Assembly (NCBI RefSeq): GCF_006345805.1
Contig: NW_021833300.1
Coordinates: 1 to 64,000 of the forward strand
Length of the DNA stretch: 64,000 nucleotides
From: Octopus sinensis
Taxonomy: Eukaryota
Direction of reading: 5' to 3'
A program made the position numbers and the translations under genes. The notes under the pieces were generated by a model that did not search any database, was not told where the DNA came from, and worked only from the letters and a program-made list of their open reading frames with translations. Shown in pieces: positions 27,282 through 43,600 of this stretch (positions are counted from its first letter, which is position 1; each line of letters starts with the position of its first letter).

Positions 27282-27956
27282 TGAGTGTATTTTTACCTTG
27301 TTAACAATTAACACGGAAATAAATAAATAGTTACCAAGGCAGCAACAATTTTTTATTCATATATATATATATATATATATACACGCATAAATACACACAC
27401 ACATGTAAACACAAGCATACACACACAACGATGTTCTTAAAACGATGTTCTATGAAACGAGGTTCTTAAAACAATCTCTCCCGAGTTCTTCCACTCTTAT
27501 AAAATCGATGGCCAACTTGAACTTTCTTTCCCTCTTACTCCAGAAGTCGTCGCCAGCAAATTTCACTTTTCGTTAAATAAGTTCTTAAATTCCAGCTCTG
27601 ATATTCATTTCTCTTCCTCTCCAGAATGCTTTGCTCTTCAGAAGGTAAGTAAATTATCAGTTTTACCCGTAGCTTTGTTAGGTTATCAACAGCAACTGTT
27701 TCTATCCATCGATCTTAGCAAATAAACGCTTGAAAGAAGTCGACTGCGTTTGGATGCATGGTAAGCGAAACGATTTTATTTTAACTTGGCAATATATCGA
27801 TAGCTTTAAATTTTTAATTATGCACTCGATAAATTATACTTAATGCCATCGAAAGTGGTGTGGTCAACGAGTGCAAGAAAGGAGGTAAAATGTTTATGAA
27901 ATAAAGCCTTGATTTGGATTGAAATAGTAATGTTATTATTATTATTAATATTATTA

Positions 27957-28016
<60 letters not shown>

Positions 28017-28247
28017 TATTATTATTATTATTATTAATATTATTATTATTATTATGATTATTATTACGATTATTATTATAATTATTAATATTATTATTTT
28101 TACTATTAATATTATTATTATTACTAATATTAATATTATTATTATTATTACTATTATTATTATTATTATTATTAATATTATTATCATTATTATTAGTATT
28201 AATATTATTTTTATTATTATTACTATTATTATTATTATTAATTTTTC

Positions 28248-28281
<34 letters not shown>

Positions 28282-28292
28282 GTAATAATAAC

Positions 28293-28338
<46 letters not shown>

Positions 28339-28419
28339 TAAGAAAAATAATTTATATATGCACACTCACATATATATAAATATATATATATACATATATA
28401 TATATACATGTATATATGC

Positions 28420-28456
<37 letters not shown>

Positions 28457-28519
28457 CTTGTATATATACATATTTATATATACATATACATATTTATATA
28501 TAAACTTATACATAGATAA

Positions 28520-29357
28520 ACTTGCTATTTTTCGACCAATGATTGGTCCAGGCAATGTCTAACTTAATAGCACCACCTGATAGGATTATGCGAATCCTCT
28601 TTAAGTCAAATTTTGCTTATGGTTCATTGAAGTAGTGAGTTTTCGTTGGGTGAGTTGTATCCAATTATGGGTGGCTTATCTGGTATTCTTTAAAGGAATC
28701 TATCGAGACTCCGTTTAAAGTTGATGGGATCCTTTTCCTCTTTGATCTCTTTCGGGACAATGTTAAATAGGGCAGGGCCTGTTGAGGAAAAGAAATTATG
28801 TTGTAGTGTATATGTAAGCTGTGATCTTGAATTGGGCAGGGTACGTATGGCCCGTGGTCCCAGTCTTGGATGAACATTGATGCTTATGTTCAGGTCGTTT
28901 GGGCAAAGTTGGTGGTATATTCTCCACATCGTACAAATGATGTACCGCTCACGGCAACGCTGGAGAGAGTAGAGTTTTAAGGCTTTAAGGCGATCCCAAT
29001 AATCGAGAGCAGCCATGCCTTCAATTCGTTTAATGAGTGCTCTCTGGGGTGATTCAATACTCGAAATGTTTTGTCTTGTCTGGGGAGACCACAGTGGGCA
29101 GCAGTATTCGAGGTGTGGCCGTACAAAAGAGGAGAAGAATGGTATGATGACACCTTGTCCTCTGGACCGGAAAGTTCTTAAGATCCAGGAACTCATCCTA
29201 CGAGCTATATCGACCTTCTTGTTGATGTGTGCACTCCAACTCAGATCGTCATCAACAATTACACCTAGGTCTCTGATGTTGTTAGAGGGTGTGAGCGGTT
29301 CCCCTGAAGGAAGAGAGTATGGCTGTTTTAGTGAGGAGATTCTTCCAAAATGCATCA
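28520..29357 (-). mobile_element. 3' fragment of the same LINE (duplicated with the tandem unit)
   Basis: ORF 28690-29355 with RPHLEYCCPLWSP..SLQRCRERY. Confidence 0.8.
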
Positions 29358-29398
29358 GCTCTATACATATACATATATATACATATATACATACATGC

Positions 29399-29525
<127 letters not shown>

Positions 29526-29698
29526 GAGACAGGTAGATAGATAGATGTACACGGGTCCTTCTAGTTCCAAATCCACCTACAGGTTTGGGGCTTTGACCAA
29601 CCCGAGGCTTCGGAAGAGGCCCTTACGCAAGGTGACACGCTGTGGGGCCGAAACCGGATCTATGTAATTACGAAGTAACACACAGACCCACCTACTCC

Positions 29699-29736
<38 letters not shown>

Positions 29737-29851
29737 ATATTATATATATATATATATAATATATATATATATATAGATGAGTGTATTTTTACCTTGTTAA
29801 CAATTAACACGGAAATAAATAAATAGTTACCAGGGCAGCAACAATTTTTTA

Positions 29852-29894
<43 letters not shown>

Positions 29895-30500
29895 GCATAA
29901 ATACACACACACACATGTAAACACAAGCATACACACACAACGATGTTCTTAAAACGATGTTCTATGAAACGAGGTTCTTAAAACAATCTCTCCCGACTTC
30001 TTCCATTCTTATAAAATCGATGGCCAACTTGTACTTTCTTTCCCTCTTACTCCAGAAGTCGTCGCCAGGAAATTTCACTTTTCGTTTAATAAGTTCTTAA
30101 ATTCCAGGTCTTATATTCGTTTGTCTTTCTCTCCAGAATGCTTTGCTCTTCAGAAGGTAAGTAAATTATCAGTTTTACCCGTAGCTTTGTTAGGTTATCA
30201 ACAGCAACTGTTTCTATCCATCGATCTTAGCAAATAAACGCTTGAAAGAAGTCGGCTGCGTTTGGATGCATGGTGAGCGAAACGATTTTATTTTAACTTG
30301 GCAATATATCGATAGCTTTAAATTTTTAATTATGCACTAGATAAATTACACTTAATGCCATCGAAAGTGGTGTGGTCAACGAGTACAAGAAAGGAGGTAA
30401 GATTTTTATGAAATAAAGCCTCGGTTAGGATTGAAATAGTAATGTTAATAGTATTATTATTACTATGATTATTATTATTAATAGTATTATTATCATTATA

Positions 30501-30569
<69 letters not shown>

Positions 30570-30763
30570 TTATTATTAATATTATTATTATATTATTATA
30601 TTATTATATTATTATATTATTATTTTATTATTATTAATATTCTTATTATTACTATTAATATTATTACTATTAATATTATTATATTATATTATTATTATAT
30701 TATTATTATTAATATTAATATTATTATTATTATTAATATTAATATTATTATTATTATTATTAC

Positions 30764-30800
<37 letters not shown>

Positions 30801-31100
30801 ATTATTAATATTATTATTTTTACTATTAATATTATTATATTATTATTATTAATATTATTATTATTATTATCAATATTATTATTATATATTATTATTATTA
30901 TTATTATAATATTATTATTATTATAATTATTATATTATTATTATTTTTATTATGATACTATTATTATTATTACTATTATTATTATTATTATTCTTTCTAT
31001 AATAATAATAATAATAATGATAATAACATAATAAAAATAATTTATATATGCATACACAAATATATATATACATATATATATACGTATATATAAACATGTA

Positions 31101-31150
<50 letters not shown>

Positions 31151-31276
31151 TTGTATATATACATATTCATATATACATATGCATACATATATATGCATAT
31201 ACATATATATGCTTATACATATATATATACATGCATACATATATCTATAACTATATATACATATAAGTATATATAA

Positions 31277-31324
<48 letters not shown>

Positions 31325-31408
31325 ATATAGATATCTGTGTGTGTATACATATATATACATATATACATACATGCAGATAGATAGATAGATAGATAGATGG
31401 ATAGATAG

Positions 31409-31439
<31 letters not shown>

Positions 31440-32159
31440 TAAACGTCGGTCCTTCCAGTTCAAAATCCACATAGAGGTTTTGGGTCTTTGATCAACCCAT
31501 GGCTGCAGAGGAGGCTCTTTCGCAAGGTGACATACTTTGAGGCCGAACCCGGATCCACGTAATTAGGAAATAACACACAGACCCACCTACCCCTATATAT
31601 ATATACGCATAAATACACACACACATGTACACACACGCATACGCACACAACAGCTCGCTAATCCTTATCCTAAGACTTATTACCCTATTTTCATATCTAT
31701 TCCTTTTTTTAAAATCTGTCTATCTGCATTAAATCCTAAATCACAGCAAAATTCGAAATCAGAACGTTAAGTTTCAAGACAGAGTAGAAAAGATAGTTGA
31801 TCAGTCGATCCATGATTTCTACAAATCCATCTCCGTCCTTTCCATTCTCATCGGAAGTGGAACATGAAAATGGTAAACCGAGTGTAATAAAAGCACAAGT
31901 CAGCTACAGTATTTTATATCATAGAATTATAAAAACAATTTCAGTAATTATCGTTCTTATCAGTATATTATCAGTTTTACCCGTAGCTTTGTTAGGTTAT
32001 CAACAGCAACTGTTTCTATCCATCGATCTTAGCAAATAAACGCTTGGAAGAAGTCGATTGCGTTTGGATGCATGGTGAACGAAACGATTTCATTTTTTAT
32101 CTTGGAAATATATCGATAGCTTTAAATTTTTAATTATGCACTAGATAAATTATACTTAA

Positions 32160-35100
32160 TGCCCTCGAGACAAAAATCCCTCCCTTGGAGAGAACAAAAA
32201 GATAAAGAAAAAGAAAAATATAAAAGAAGGAAGAAAAGCGCACTAACCACTCCTGAAAGACGATATGCGTATGTGGTGAGCGGTAACCCAACAAATGGCC
32301 AGCTTCACCCAGATGTGAGAAGGGCAGCAGCTGAACAGCAATCTTTTTTGTGCATGGCACAAAAAAGTGTTCAGCAGCTGATCTGGCTACAAGCACAAAG
32401 CTGGAACTACCACCACATAAGGCCACCACCAACAGATGCAGGATGGCCACCACAGACACCAACACCAACACACACACCACAAAAATATGTCTACTGAACG
32501 TAGGAGGGCTGCTGCGCGGCAACTGTAAAAGGAAAATCTCATTCCTGAGAGACCTTGTGACATGCAATCAAGCTATATGCATGGCACTCACAGAAACGCA
32601 TCTTGGACACGATATAGGGGATGCAGAAATACACATGCCGCAATATGCAGTCTTACGCTCAGATAGAAAAGGGGGGAGCCATGGTGGAGTTGCAGTGTAC
32701 ATCCGAGATGACCTCACGCCCAGGTCCTGTTGTCATATTCAAACACAGTGTGTAACACTCAAATTGTACATATAAGACAACTGAATATCGTCATATGTAC
32801 TACGTATCGCCCACCAGATGCCCCAAATCACTCAGGCATGTTTGAAGACTGCCTAACAAAAATAGGATGACTTTAACTTCCCCAATGTGGAATGGCCTGG
32901 GGGGGGGCAGATGCTCTCAGGGATGACACACCATCAGCAGGCACAGGCAGAGTCCCTGCTCCATCTGACAAATGCCTCTTTCATGGAGCAAATAGTTCTG
33001 CAACCAACAAGGGCAGATAATATACTGGATCTCTGCTTCACAAACAATATGGATATTATCCATAGTGTTAAAGTGATGCCGACAATGATCTCGGATCACA
33101 ACATAATAGAGCTATCTATGTTTGGACCAAAAGCTCCCGTAGACACACAGCCTATACGAAGCATCCACCATCTCTCCAACTTAAACTTTCATAAAGTAAA
33201 CTGGAAGTTGATTGAGAAATAGATCCTCAAACAGGATTGGCCTAAATGTCTCTCCACACCGGACATTAACATGAAACACAAACACTTCATGTCCATAATA
33301 CAAGCCATATGTGACAAATATATCCCAGTGTGCTGGGCCAGCACACACAAAAACAAAAACAGGATCCCTAGAGAAAGGAAGATTCTTATGAGACGACGGA
33401 CAAGGATTGCGAACCGCCTGAGCAAGCACACCAAAAGTGGTGAGAAGTCTCGGCTCGAGAGAATGCTAATGGAAATTGAGGAAAGTCTGCATCAGTCCCA
33501 TGGAAAGGAGAGAGCAGATAAAGAAGCTTGGGTAATAGAAAATATAAAATCAAACCCTAAAGCTATCTTTATGTTTGCCAAAGAGACAGCTACAGTGCAC
33601 CAGAGAATAGGACCTCTTTTCCAAAAAGATGTCTCTCTCACAAGAAATCCCACGAGGATAAGTGAAATACTGAAAGAACGATTCCAAAGTGTGTTCACTA
33701 CACCTCTAGGACACAGGCAAGTAAACAACCCAGAAGAATTCTTTGCCACTTTACCTGCGGCCAAAGAGGCAAACATTGAGTACATCAACATTGAAGATGA
33801 TGATATCACACTAGCCATAGATGAGATTAACACAGACTCAGCTGCTGGACCTGATGGATTTCCAGCGATTCTTCTCAAATCGTGCAAACGAGCCCTTGCG
33901 AAACCGCTACAGCTTCTTTTTCAGAGATTTCTTGCAAGTGGTAAGCTCCCAGTCAAATTGAAAGAGGGGGTAATATGCCCTATCCATAAGGGAGGTAGCA
34001 GAGCAGATGCTAAAAATTATAGGCCTATCTCTCTGACCTCACACATCAGCAAAGTCATGGAACGAATAGTCCGCAAGAAACTAATCATGTTCCTTGAAGA
34101 AAATGACTTGCTGTCTGACACCCAGCATGGATTTCGACCAAGTAGAAGCTGCCTAACACAGCTCCTGCAACACTATGACTGGGTGTTAAAACAGCTACTA
34201 AATGGCTCAAATGTGGATGTAATATATCTCGACTTTGCAAAAGCCTTTGATAAAGTCGACCATGGTATGATCTGTCACAAGCTGCGTGTTCTCGGCATAG
34301 GCGGAAAACTTGGAGAGTGGCTGCACAACTTCCTAAAAGACAGAAGACAGGCAGTTGTGAGCAATGGAGCCACCTCCAAGGAAACACAAATAAAAAGCGG
34401 TGTTCCACAGGGCACTGTCTTGGGGCCACTGCTGTTAATAGTGGCTCTTTCAGACATGCCTTCAGTTGCTACGATGGCCACCCTTGCTAGCTATGCAGAT
34501 GACACAAAAGTCTCCCACACAATACAAAACCCTGAAAATATTGCGCATCTGCAACAGGAGTTGGATACAATATACAGGTAGGTGGCCTGAGGACAACAAC
34601 ATGCAGTTTAATGCAGGTAAGTTCCAGGCCCTGCGCTACCGGCACACAAAGGTAAACGACGTGTAGACTGGATACACTGGCCCAAGAAGAATTGCAATCC
34701 CTGAGTCAAAATCAGTGCGTGACCTGGGCATTGACATAATAAATGATGCATCTTTCCAAGTGCATATTACTAATCTGGTGATAAAATGCAGACGGCTAGC
34801 TGGATGGTTTCTCCGAACTTTCAGAACAAGAGAGAAGGAGACACTGGTGGTCCCCTGGAAAACATTCGTCCCCAGCCGCTTGGACTACTGCTCCCAACTT
34901 TGGTCACCACACAATATAAAACTAACAGCAGAATTCGAAGCAGTTCAGAGAAGCTACACAAAGAAGATCGTCTCAATGCAAAATATCAGCTATTGGGAAA
35001 GACTGAAAGTATTAAATATCTTCTCCCTAGAGCGGAGGCGGGAGTGATATGCGGTGATATACATCTGGAAAATCCTGGAGGGTCTTGTCCCAAACTTTGG

Positions 35101-35475
35101 CATTCAAAGTTACCCCAACCGCAGAACGGGGCGCCACTGCATGGTGCCAAATATTCCAACATCACCATCAAAATACAGATCAAGATACTGCAACAGCTTG
35201 GGTTTCAGAGGACCACAGCTCTTTAACATCCTCCCTAAATGCCTGATAGACTTACATGGTGTGGATGTGGGTTTCTTTAAAACTAAACTGGATGTCTTCT
35301 TGTCGGGAGTCCCAGATGAACCTACCTCACGAGAGGAGACGCAGATGCGGGCAGCAGCATCGAACTCCCTTGTTGATCAAGTGCCACGTATCAGAGGTGG
35401 ATTCACATATTAGTGTAACTCATTCAGCGGTGGTGCCCCGGCATGGCCGCGGCCTTCGGGCTAAAACATTTTTAA
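32160..35475 (+). mobile_element. CR1/L2-group LINE ORF2 (APE endonuclease + RT), disrupted
   Basis: APE motifs (LLNVGGL, LTETHL, RSDR.G.SHGGVAVY), RT ORF 33271-34581 (NYRPISLTS, QHGFR, DFAKAFDKVDH, GVPQGTVLGP, YADD), stops/frameshifts, ttaagga-type tail. Confidence 0.88.
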
Positions 35476-35572
35476 GGATTTAAAGATTATATAAATATTT
35501 TATGCGTTTAAGCAGCCATTTATTCCACTGAATATAATCAGTTAATTTTAAGAATCGATTAGAAGATATTCA

Positions 35573-35982
35573 GGATCTTTTCGGTTTGAAAGGCAGTTTT
35601 TTCTAGCGGTGTCATATGAAATTGTCACCCATAATTATGACACTAGTATCGATCTATTGCATTTCAATCTGTTTTAGGGATAGGGGTGGGGGAAGGGTAT
35701 CTTTTTTCTTCACAAATGTAAATAAACCCAAACTGTTTCTTAAACGAGGGACATATTCATACGGCGAAGAATGTTTTTTACCTCAATAGACGTCATTGAT
35801 TGGTTGAAATTGCAGAAATTGAAGAAAAACAACAACAAATATCTTACAAACTATAGAATGTTCTCAATAAAGCCAAGAGAAAAAGATGTATTATAAACAC
35901 ATTCTACCAGAATACGAAGTTTAAAAGGTTTTAGTTACGTGGAAATTATGTTAAAAAACTGTCGGTCAAACGGAAAAGATCC
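35573..35982. mobile_element. MITE related to 6394-7012
   Basis: Ends ggatcttttcggtttgaaaggcag / ctgtcggtcaaacggaaaagatcc. Confidence 0.65.
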
Positions 35983-36597
35983 GATATTCAAAATCAGGAA
36001 CACGATTATCATTTTATTGAATTTTGAAATAAAATCCCAACGTTTATAAATTTTTTTCATCAGTGAATGTGAGTGGCTTAGGGGTCAGGATTTGCATTCA
36101 CGATCCTCTGAACGTGCGATCGATTCCCAGACAGGATGGCGTGTTGTATCCTTGGGCAAGACACTGCATTTCACGTTGCCCCAGGGCTGTGAAGGGGACT
36201 GGCATATCAATGAATAGACCCAAAGTTTCGTCTGCGCTTTGTAAACAGAGATTAAAAGGGGGCGAGTTAGCATTTGCGCTTTGATCTCGTAAAACCCTCA
36301 CTACCAACGACTGCCCTAACAGAACCAAGGGTTGGAGGCTTGTCGCCTAAATGATACAAAGGCGTCGTCCGTCAGGGAATCACTAAGAAATGGTGGGTAC
36401 AGCGACGCAGGGTGACACAGTATGTTCTCATATTACCTATCAAGTAAATGCAAGACAGCCATTTTCATGCACATAGGTACATACACTTATGTATGTATGT
36501 ATGTGAGTATGTATGTATGTATGTATGTATGTATGTATGTATGTATGTATGTATGTATGTATGTATGTATGTATGTGTGTGTATGTATGTATGTATG

Positions 36598-36678
<81 letters not shown>

Positions 36679-36839
36679 GTATGTATATATATATGTATGT
36701 ATGTATATGTATGTATGTATGTATGAATGTATGTACGTATGTGTGTGTATGTATATGTATGTATGTACGTATGTGTGTGTGTATATATATGCATGTATGT
36801 ATGTATGTATGTATATGTAGGTATGTATATGTATGTATG

Positions 36840-36871
<32 letters not shown>

Positions 36872-36873
36872 TG

Positions 36874-36905
<32 letters not shown>

Positions 36906-37501
36906 TGCATGTATGTATGTATGTATGTATGTATGTCAGGTCACTTTCGAGTGCTACTGGTAACATGTAACCCAGTACAACCTGTTGCATGGTCGGGTCG
37001 TCGGCAAGTAACCCAGCAACCCCACCAAGCTTGCTTGGTGAGGAGAGTGTTTATTGGACACCCTGTGGGAGGAAAACAAAACCCGTCATAGGGCGGAGGA
37101 ACTCTTGAGAGTCAACGGCCATCCAATAAATGTCGTAAGGCTGTGTCATGCGCGGAGACATAGAAATAATCGGACTGAATAACCGATCGAGCGTTTAAGC
37201 CAATGGGAGTGAAGGTCTCCTAGCCTTTGTTAGGGCATCCTTCTAGGAGAAGGTAACTCAGGTAACTGGGATAACTCCGACATAAAACCTGCGGCTCAGT
37301 GGTTACCGATGATGTTGACTTGTTCTTTTCGGATTATTGCTGCTGTTGCTTAGTGAGTGGGATTAACTCAGTGCACAGCCTTTCCTTACTTAAATAAAAT
37401 CTTCTTGCACAGGCGTTGCACGATAACAACATTGATTAAGCTTCGTGCAATAGCCATACTCGATAACGAGAGGGCAGCCACCATTTGTGTATGTATGTAT
37501 G

Positions 37502-37535
<34 letters not shown>

Positions 37536-40500
37536 TGTATGTATGTATGTATGTATGTATGTATGTATGTATGCATGCATATATGTATATATGCATGTAT
37601 GTATGTATGTATGTATGTATGTATGTATGTATGTATGTATGTGTTTGTGTACGTATGTGTATGTTTGCATGTATGTATGTATGTATGTATGTATGTATGT
37701 ATGAATGTATGTATGTATGTATGTATGTATATGTATATATGTATGTATGTATGTATGAATGTCACTATTCAGTTTTATTTCAAGATCTCTTGCCTATAGA
37801 GAAAGAGCCGGTTTCTAACCTTGATTCAAGACTCCTTCATTGGAATTTCAACATCAGGGTATTATTTTATGTATATGTGTAGATTTGTATGTTTTACTTT
37901 ATGTATGTCTTCTAATGCATATAGTTGCATATGTAGACATGTTTATATATATATATTTAAATGAGAAACTTCTGGAAAGTTTTACAGATTTTTTAAATTT
38001 CTCAAGTTTGGTAACTAGGCAACGTTTACTTTAAATCGAAATACAATCCAAAGCATGGCTTCATTTCAATAAGATTTGGATTCTCGTCCTGTACTCGTTG
38101 ACCACAGTTTTTTTCGATGGCATTAAGTGTAATTTGTCTAGTGCATAATGAAAAATTTAAAGCTATCGATATATTGCCAAGTTAAAATAAAATCGTTTCT
38201 CTCACCATGCAAACAAACGCAGTCAACATGTTTCAAGCGGTTTATTTGCTAAGATCGATGGATAGAAACAGTTGCTGTTGATAACCTAACAAAGCTACGG
38301 GTAAAACTGATAATTTACTTACCTTCTGAAGAGCAAAGCATTCCGGAGAGAAAGAGAAACGAATATAAGACCTGGAATTTAAGAACTTATTTAACGAAAA
38401 GTGAAATTACCTGGCGACGACTTCTGGAGTAAGAGGGAAAGAAAGTTCAAGTTGGCCATCAATTTTTATAAGAGTGGAATAACTCGGGAGAGATTGTTTT
38501 AAAGACATTGTCTTTTCGAAGCCAATGCAAAAAGAAATCAACTGTGAAATATCCTGAATTTATTCTTACATTATCAGAACGAAGAGAATAGGAATAAATA
38601 AAAGAAAGCTTGTTTATCGAGACTAGGAAAAGGGAACATTAAAAGGCAGAAGCTTATTGTTTGCAGTGGGACACGTCTTGTTGGTCGGTTTTACAACTAA
38701 AAGTGAAGTTTACTTAACAACCCTGTAACAGTCATGAACCTTAAAGGTAAGTGAATTAATAATATTAAGAATGAAAAGAGAGATAATTACTGAAATTGTT
38801 TTTATAATTCTATGATATAAAATACTGTAGCTGACTTGTGCTTTTATTACACTCGGTTTACCATTTTCATTTTCCACTTCCGATGAGAATGGAAAGGACG
38901 GAGATGGATTTGTAGAAATCATGGATCGACTGATCAACTATCCTTTCTACTCTGTCTTGAAACTTAACGTTCTGATTTCGAATTTTGCTGTGATTTAGGA
39001 TTTAATGTAGATAGACAGATTTAAAATAAAGAAATAGATATGAAAATAGGGTAATAATTCTTAGGATAGTGATTAGCGATCTGTTGAATATTAAAATAAA
39101 TAACACTGGGCAAATTTTTTCTTGTCTGGTGCCTGGAAAATTTCAATGAATTCCAAGTGATTTTGCCTGCTAAATTCAAAACTTACTCCAGTTTTTCCTT
39201 ATCAGGTCTGGTTTTCTGACTAGACCTGATATAGTAAGTATTTTAGTCATACAAGAGGCATATAATATAAATTAATAAAAGAGAGATTATTACTGAAATT
39301 AATTTTATAATTCTATAATATAGAATACTGTAATTGACTTGCGCTTTAGTACACTCGGCTTACTATTATAATTTCTCATTTCCAAAAAGAATGGAAAGGA
39401 CATGGATGGATTTGTAGAAATCATGAATCGACTGATAAAATATCTTTAGTATTCAGCCATGAAATTTTACATTTTGACTTCGAATCCCACTGGGATTTAG
39501 GATTTAATTTGTATAGATTTCAAATAAATGAATTGAAATATAAATAGAGTAATGGTTCCTAGGGCAATAATTAAGGTACTGTTGAATAACAAATATAACT
39601 TTAGGTATTTCATTTAATAAAAATAATTATTAAACAATTATAGGCGTAGGAGTGGCTGTGTGGTAAGTAGCTTGCTTACCAAACTCATGGTTCCGGGTTC
39701 AATCCCACTGCGTGACACCTTGGGCAAGTGTCTTCTACTATGGTCTCTGGCCGCCTAAAGCCTTGTGAGTGGATTTGGTAGACGGAAACTGAAAGAAGCC
39801 CGTCGTATATATGTATATATATATATGTCTGTGTGTGTGTGTGTTTGTGTGTCTGTGTTTGTCCTCCCAACATCGGTTGACAACCGATGCTGGTGTGTTT
39901 ACGCCCCCGTAACTTAGCGGTTCGGCAAAAGAGACCGATAGAATAAGTACTAAGCTTACAAAGAATTAGTCCTGGGGTCGATTTCCTCGGCTATAGGCGG
40001 TGCTCCAGCATGGCCGCAGTCAAATGAGTGAAACAAGTAAAAGAGTAAAAGAGTAAAAGAAAGACTTTTCTGATTTCTCTCAGAAAGGTCTCAAGCGACT
40101 TAGTCTGTTCATTTCACCTTAAATCTCCAAACGGATGTTTCTCTTGCTTTCACTTTCACTTTCTCTCTTTTTACAATTTCTTCTAAACTTATGAAAGACC
40201 TTTTCATTCCTTTGATGATTTAAATCCACATCCCTGTCTACAATTCTTTCCTCATTCATTGACTAAATTCTTTTTTCGTATTTCACAACGTATTCAACAG
40301 GGTTATTCTTGAACGCTTTAAAACATATGACATATGAGGTGGTGGTTAAAGTTGATAAAAATAACAGCTAATCAGGCCTTAAATCGTGCACCAAAATATA
40401 TTTTCTTTCGTTTTTATTTCATCGGCTGAATTCCCGTGTATAGAATATAAATTCGCCAAAATTATTTTAAAATTCCCCAAGATGAAAAAAACTTATGAGG

Positions 40501-40554
40501 GGTTATATATATATATATATATAAGCGAGAAAGAAGCAACAAGAATGGATAGGT

Positions 40555-40645
40555 TTTTAGTACAATCGTTTCATACAAGGACAGGCTTTATTAAAAGTTG
40601 TAAAAATTACAGCATATAAACGTGTCCCGTACTCATCAGCTAAAA
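40555..40645 (-). ncRNA. Type I hammerhead ribozyme motif in the 3' (sense) terminal repeat
   Basis: Reverse complement of 44620-44710 with the same core and stems. Confidence 0.75.
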
Positions 40646-43600
40646 TACATGTGAGTTCTCTAGACATCCTAGTGGTTGAGGCTATACTCATGAAGTAATG
40701 TAGATAATTAAGTAACATAAACAGATTTCCAATGTTCATTAAAGTTCTTTAAAGATGATGTACAGTCTTATCACAGAATTTAAAAAAAGTTTTAATAGCA
40801 TCACAGAGAAGGTGACCTAATCCATAGAGCACATATGAATTTCCAGAGATATGATGAGGGATTACATACTCACAGAAGACAAATTTATCCATTGTTAATC
40901 ACAACGAGGTGGGTCTCAATTCCTGCTTATTAGCATTACAGAGAGGGTGAATTAATCCTTTGTATAGATGCACAATTTCCAATGGTGTAGATGTAAATTT
41001 CCAGAGAAATGAAGAGGAATTTCATATTCACAGGCGATAAATTTATCAATGGTTGAACACAATGAGGTAGGTATCAATTCTTGTTATATGATTAGGTGTT
41101 TGCCACATTAATCACATTACTGCTATTTACAAGAGGCTGTAGCTATTTACTTTTAAGGCTGAAGGGCTTTCTAGAGAGGTAAAGAATAGAAAAGGAAGGG
41201 AAATAGAGAAAAGAGAGAAATAAAGGAGGAGGGAGCAAAAAAGGGGGGGAAGGGGACTAAAAGAGAAGAAAAAGGAAAAGAGAATAAGAAGAAGAAAAAG
41301 AAAAAAGAGAAAAGAGAAAGAAATAGGGAAAGAAGGGAAAAAAGAAAAAGAAAAAAAAGAGGGTTCTAGTTATACAGAAGAATTAGTAGACGGCAAGTCT
41401 GGTTTTAATTTACAGGCATCTAGGAACTAGAGGAGAATATTATTCTTTGACCAGTAAAACAGCTAATTTATTGCTGTTGAAATCAGCTATGAATTTAAAG
41501 AGAATCTAAAGAGATAACACAGTCAGGGGTTTAGGGGTCAGATGCTAAAATCAAAAGAAAATACATTAGGAAAATCTAAGTATAATCTTATCAAAAAGTC
41601 ATTAAAATTTACTTATTTAATTTTTCATTTTATTGTCTTAAGGAGTTGCCGTTATTATTCATACATTGACGGACTACAGGTCAAATCTTAGAAGATCATT
41701 TACAGGTGTTAGGGGATTGTCTATCATAATGAAGATAATCATATTATCACCGAGGGGGTAGCCTTATTTATTTAATTTTGCATAGAATTATGGGGCTATA
41801 GTAACTCATTTTATTTTATTAGAGTTATGCTACTTAAATTAGATTAAGTTAGGAATTAAAATTAAAAATTACAATTAAGATTTAAATTAAGAATTTAAAA
41901 ATTATGAGTTTGAAATTAAATAAAGCCTCAATTAAGCAGCGTATAAGTACTATTCATTTCCCTGTTCTCAAAAAACTGATGCAGATATAAGAAAAAGATA
42001 ACTGTAGTGTGAGAACTCTTAGTTATCTACTTAAAGCAGTGCTATACTAGTAGAAATCAAGTTATATCTATCTATCTAGTTACGAATATTCTAATCATTT
42101 AAAATATTTTAAAGTCTTCAATTTAGCGTGGACACAAACTTGACCTAGTTCGATATGGTTATTCAATAAGTTTCTATGTTTTCTATGCTTTAGAATTTCA
42201 TACGTCTCCATGGAGCATAGTTGGCAACCAACCCTACTATTTTTATACGGAATTGCTCTCCTAACTATTTCCCAATTAAGGTTATAATTTTTATTATTAT
42301 TTTTGAGTTCCCAGATTTTGTTTGAAAGTGTGGTGGTACCAGCTTTATGACGTAATTTAAAAGACGAGATGTGATTTCTAACTCTGGCTAGAAAATTAAT
42401 TGTACATCCAATGTAAAGATATTTGTTATTCTCCGTGGATATGGTACATTTATAGATTACATTATTTTCCCCACATAGACCAGGTGCCGGGCATTTTGAT
42501 TTTATTCTACACTTACACACAGGAGGAACAACTTCAGGCTTTGATTATTCTTGGGTAGATGTCTTAGGTTCCTATTATTTTGATTATCATTTCTATAGTT
42601 GGTGCTGGTATCTAAAGTATTGCTATTATTTATTGATCCTTCAGCTTCATCATTTAGGTCTAAAGTCCTACCATGATTTCTTATATTATTGGTAATGTTA
42701 CTATTATTGTTAGTATTTTTATCCGACTGCATATTGTTGTTATAAATATCACTGATATTTTCATTCTCCTTATTTTCTCCATTAGCCTTATATCTATTAT
42801 TTCTATTATTAACATTATTACTTCTATTATATCGGCATTGTTATTATTACTATTAATGTTAATGTTATTAGTCATTCTGTGGTTACTAATTTCACCTATG
42901 TTTTGATAGTTACTATTGCTGTTTTTATTGTTGGTAGTATTATTATAATTGCTATTGGTATTCATGCTGATTATTATTTTTATTTTATTTCTATCTTTCC
43001 TGGCTAGTTTAATGTTTTTATTATTAATCTTAGCTATTAAAGTGGACATATTGGAGGGTTGAATAAGAAATCCTAACTGTTTTCCTAGATATAATTCTAT
43101 GATATCTATGAGAGATAGGGAAATTTTTTTCCAGAATTACTTTGAATTTGTTCTGTATATCCGATTGTATCGCACAGTTGAAAGGGATATTCAGCCATAA
43201 TATGTCTTTTTTATTAAATTTAGGGTTCGTAGAATTACTACTATTCATCTCACCGGAGTTATTGTATTTATTACCATTATTTTTATTTTTATTTGTGTGC
43301 ATCTTAGGTTTATCTACTTCAATATTATCCGAGTTACCCAATTTCTGGTCAATGCTTCTATTTGAATTGTTGGGCCTGTACGCTAGATTAGCGTTTACCA
43401 TTAATTTAATTCTACTTTTATTTCGGGATTGGTCTGTATTGCTGCTTACGTGATTACTGATAACTTCATTATTAGGAATACGTGAGTTCCCCTTATCAAC
43501 GAATGTAATCTTTTGGTTGTATCCAGCCTTAGTTAACGCCTCATTATAATGCTCAGAATGGGAGTTAAATATATCTTATTGGATGATAATTTTGAAATTC

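Noticed and set aside
36935-37380. Possible RTE 5' UTR with an HDV-like ribozyme
   Set aside because: Could not assign P1/P3/P1.1 pairings by eye and no linked ORF follows.
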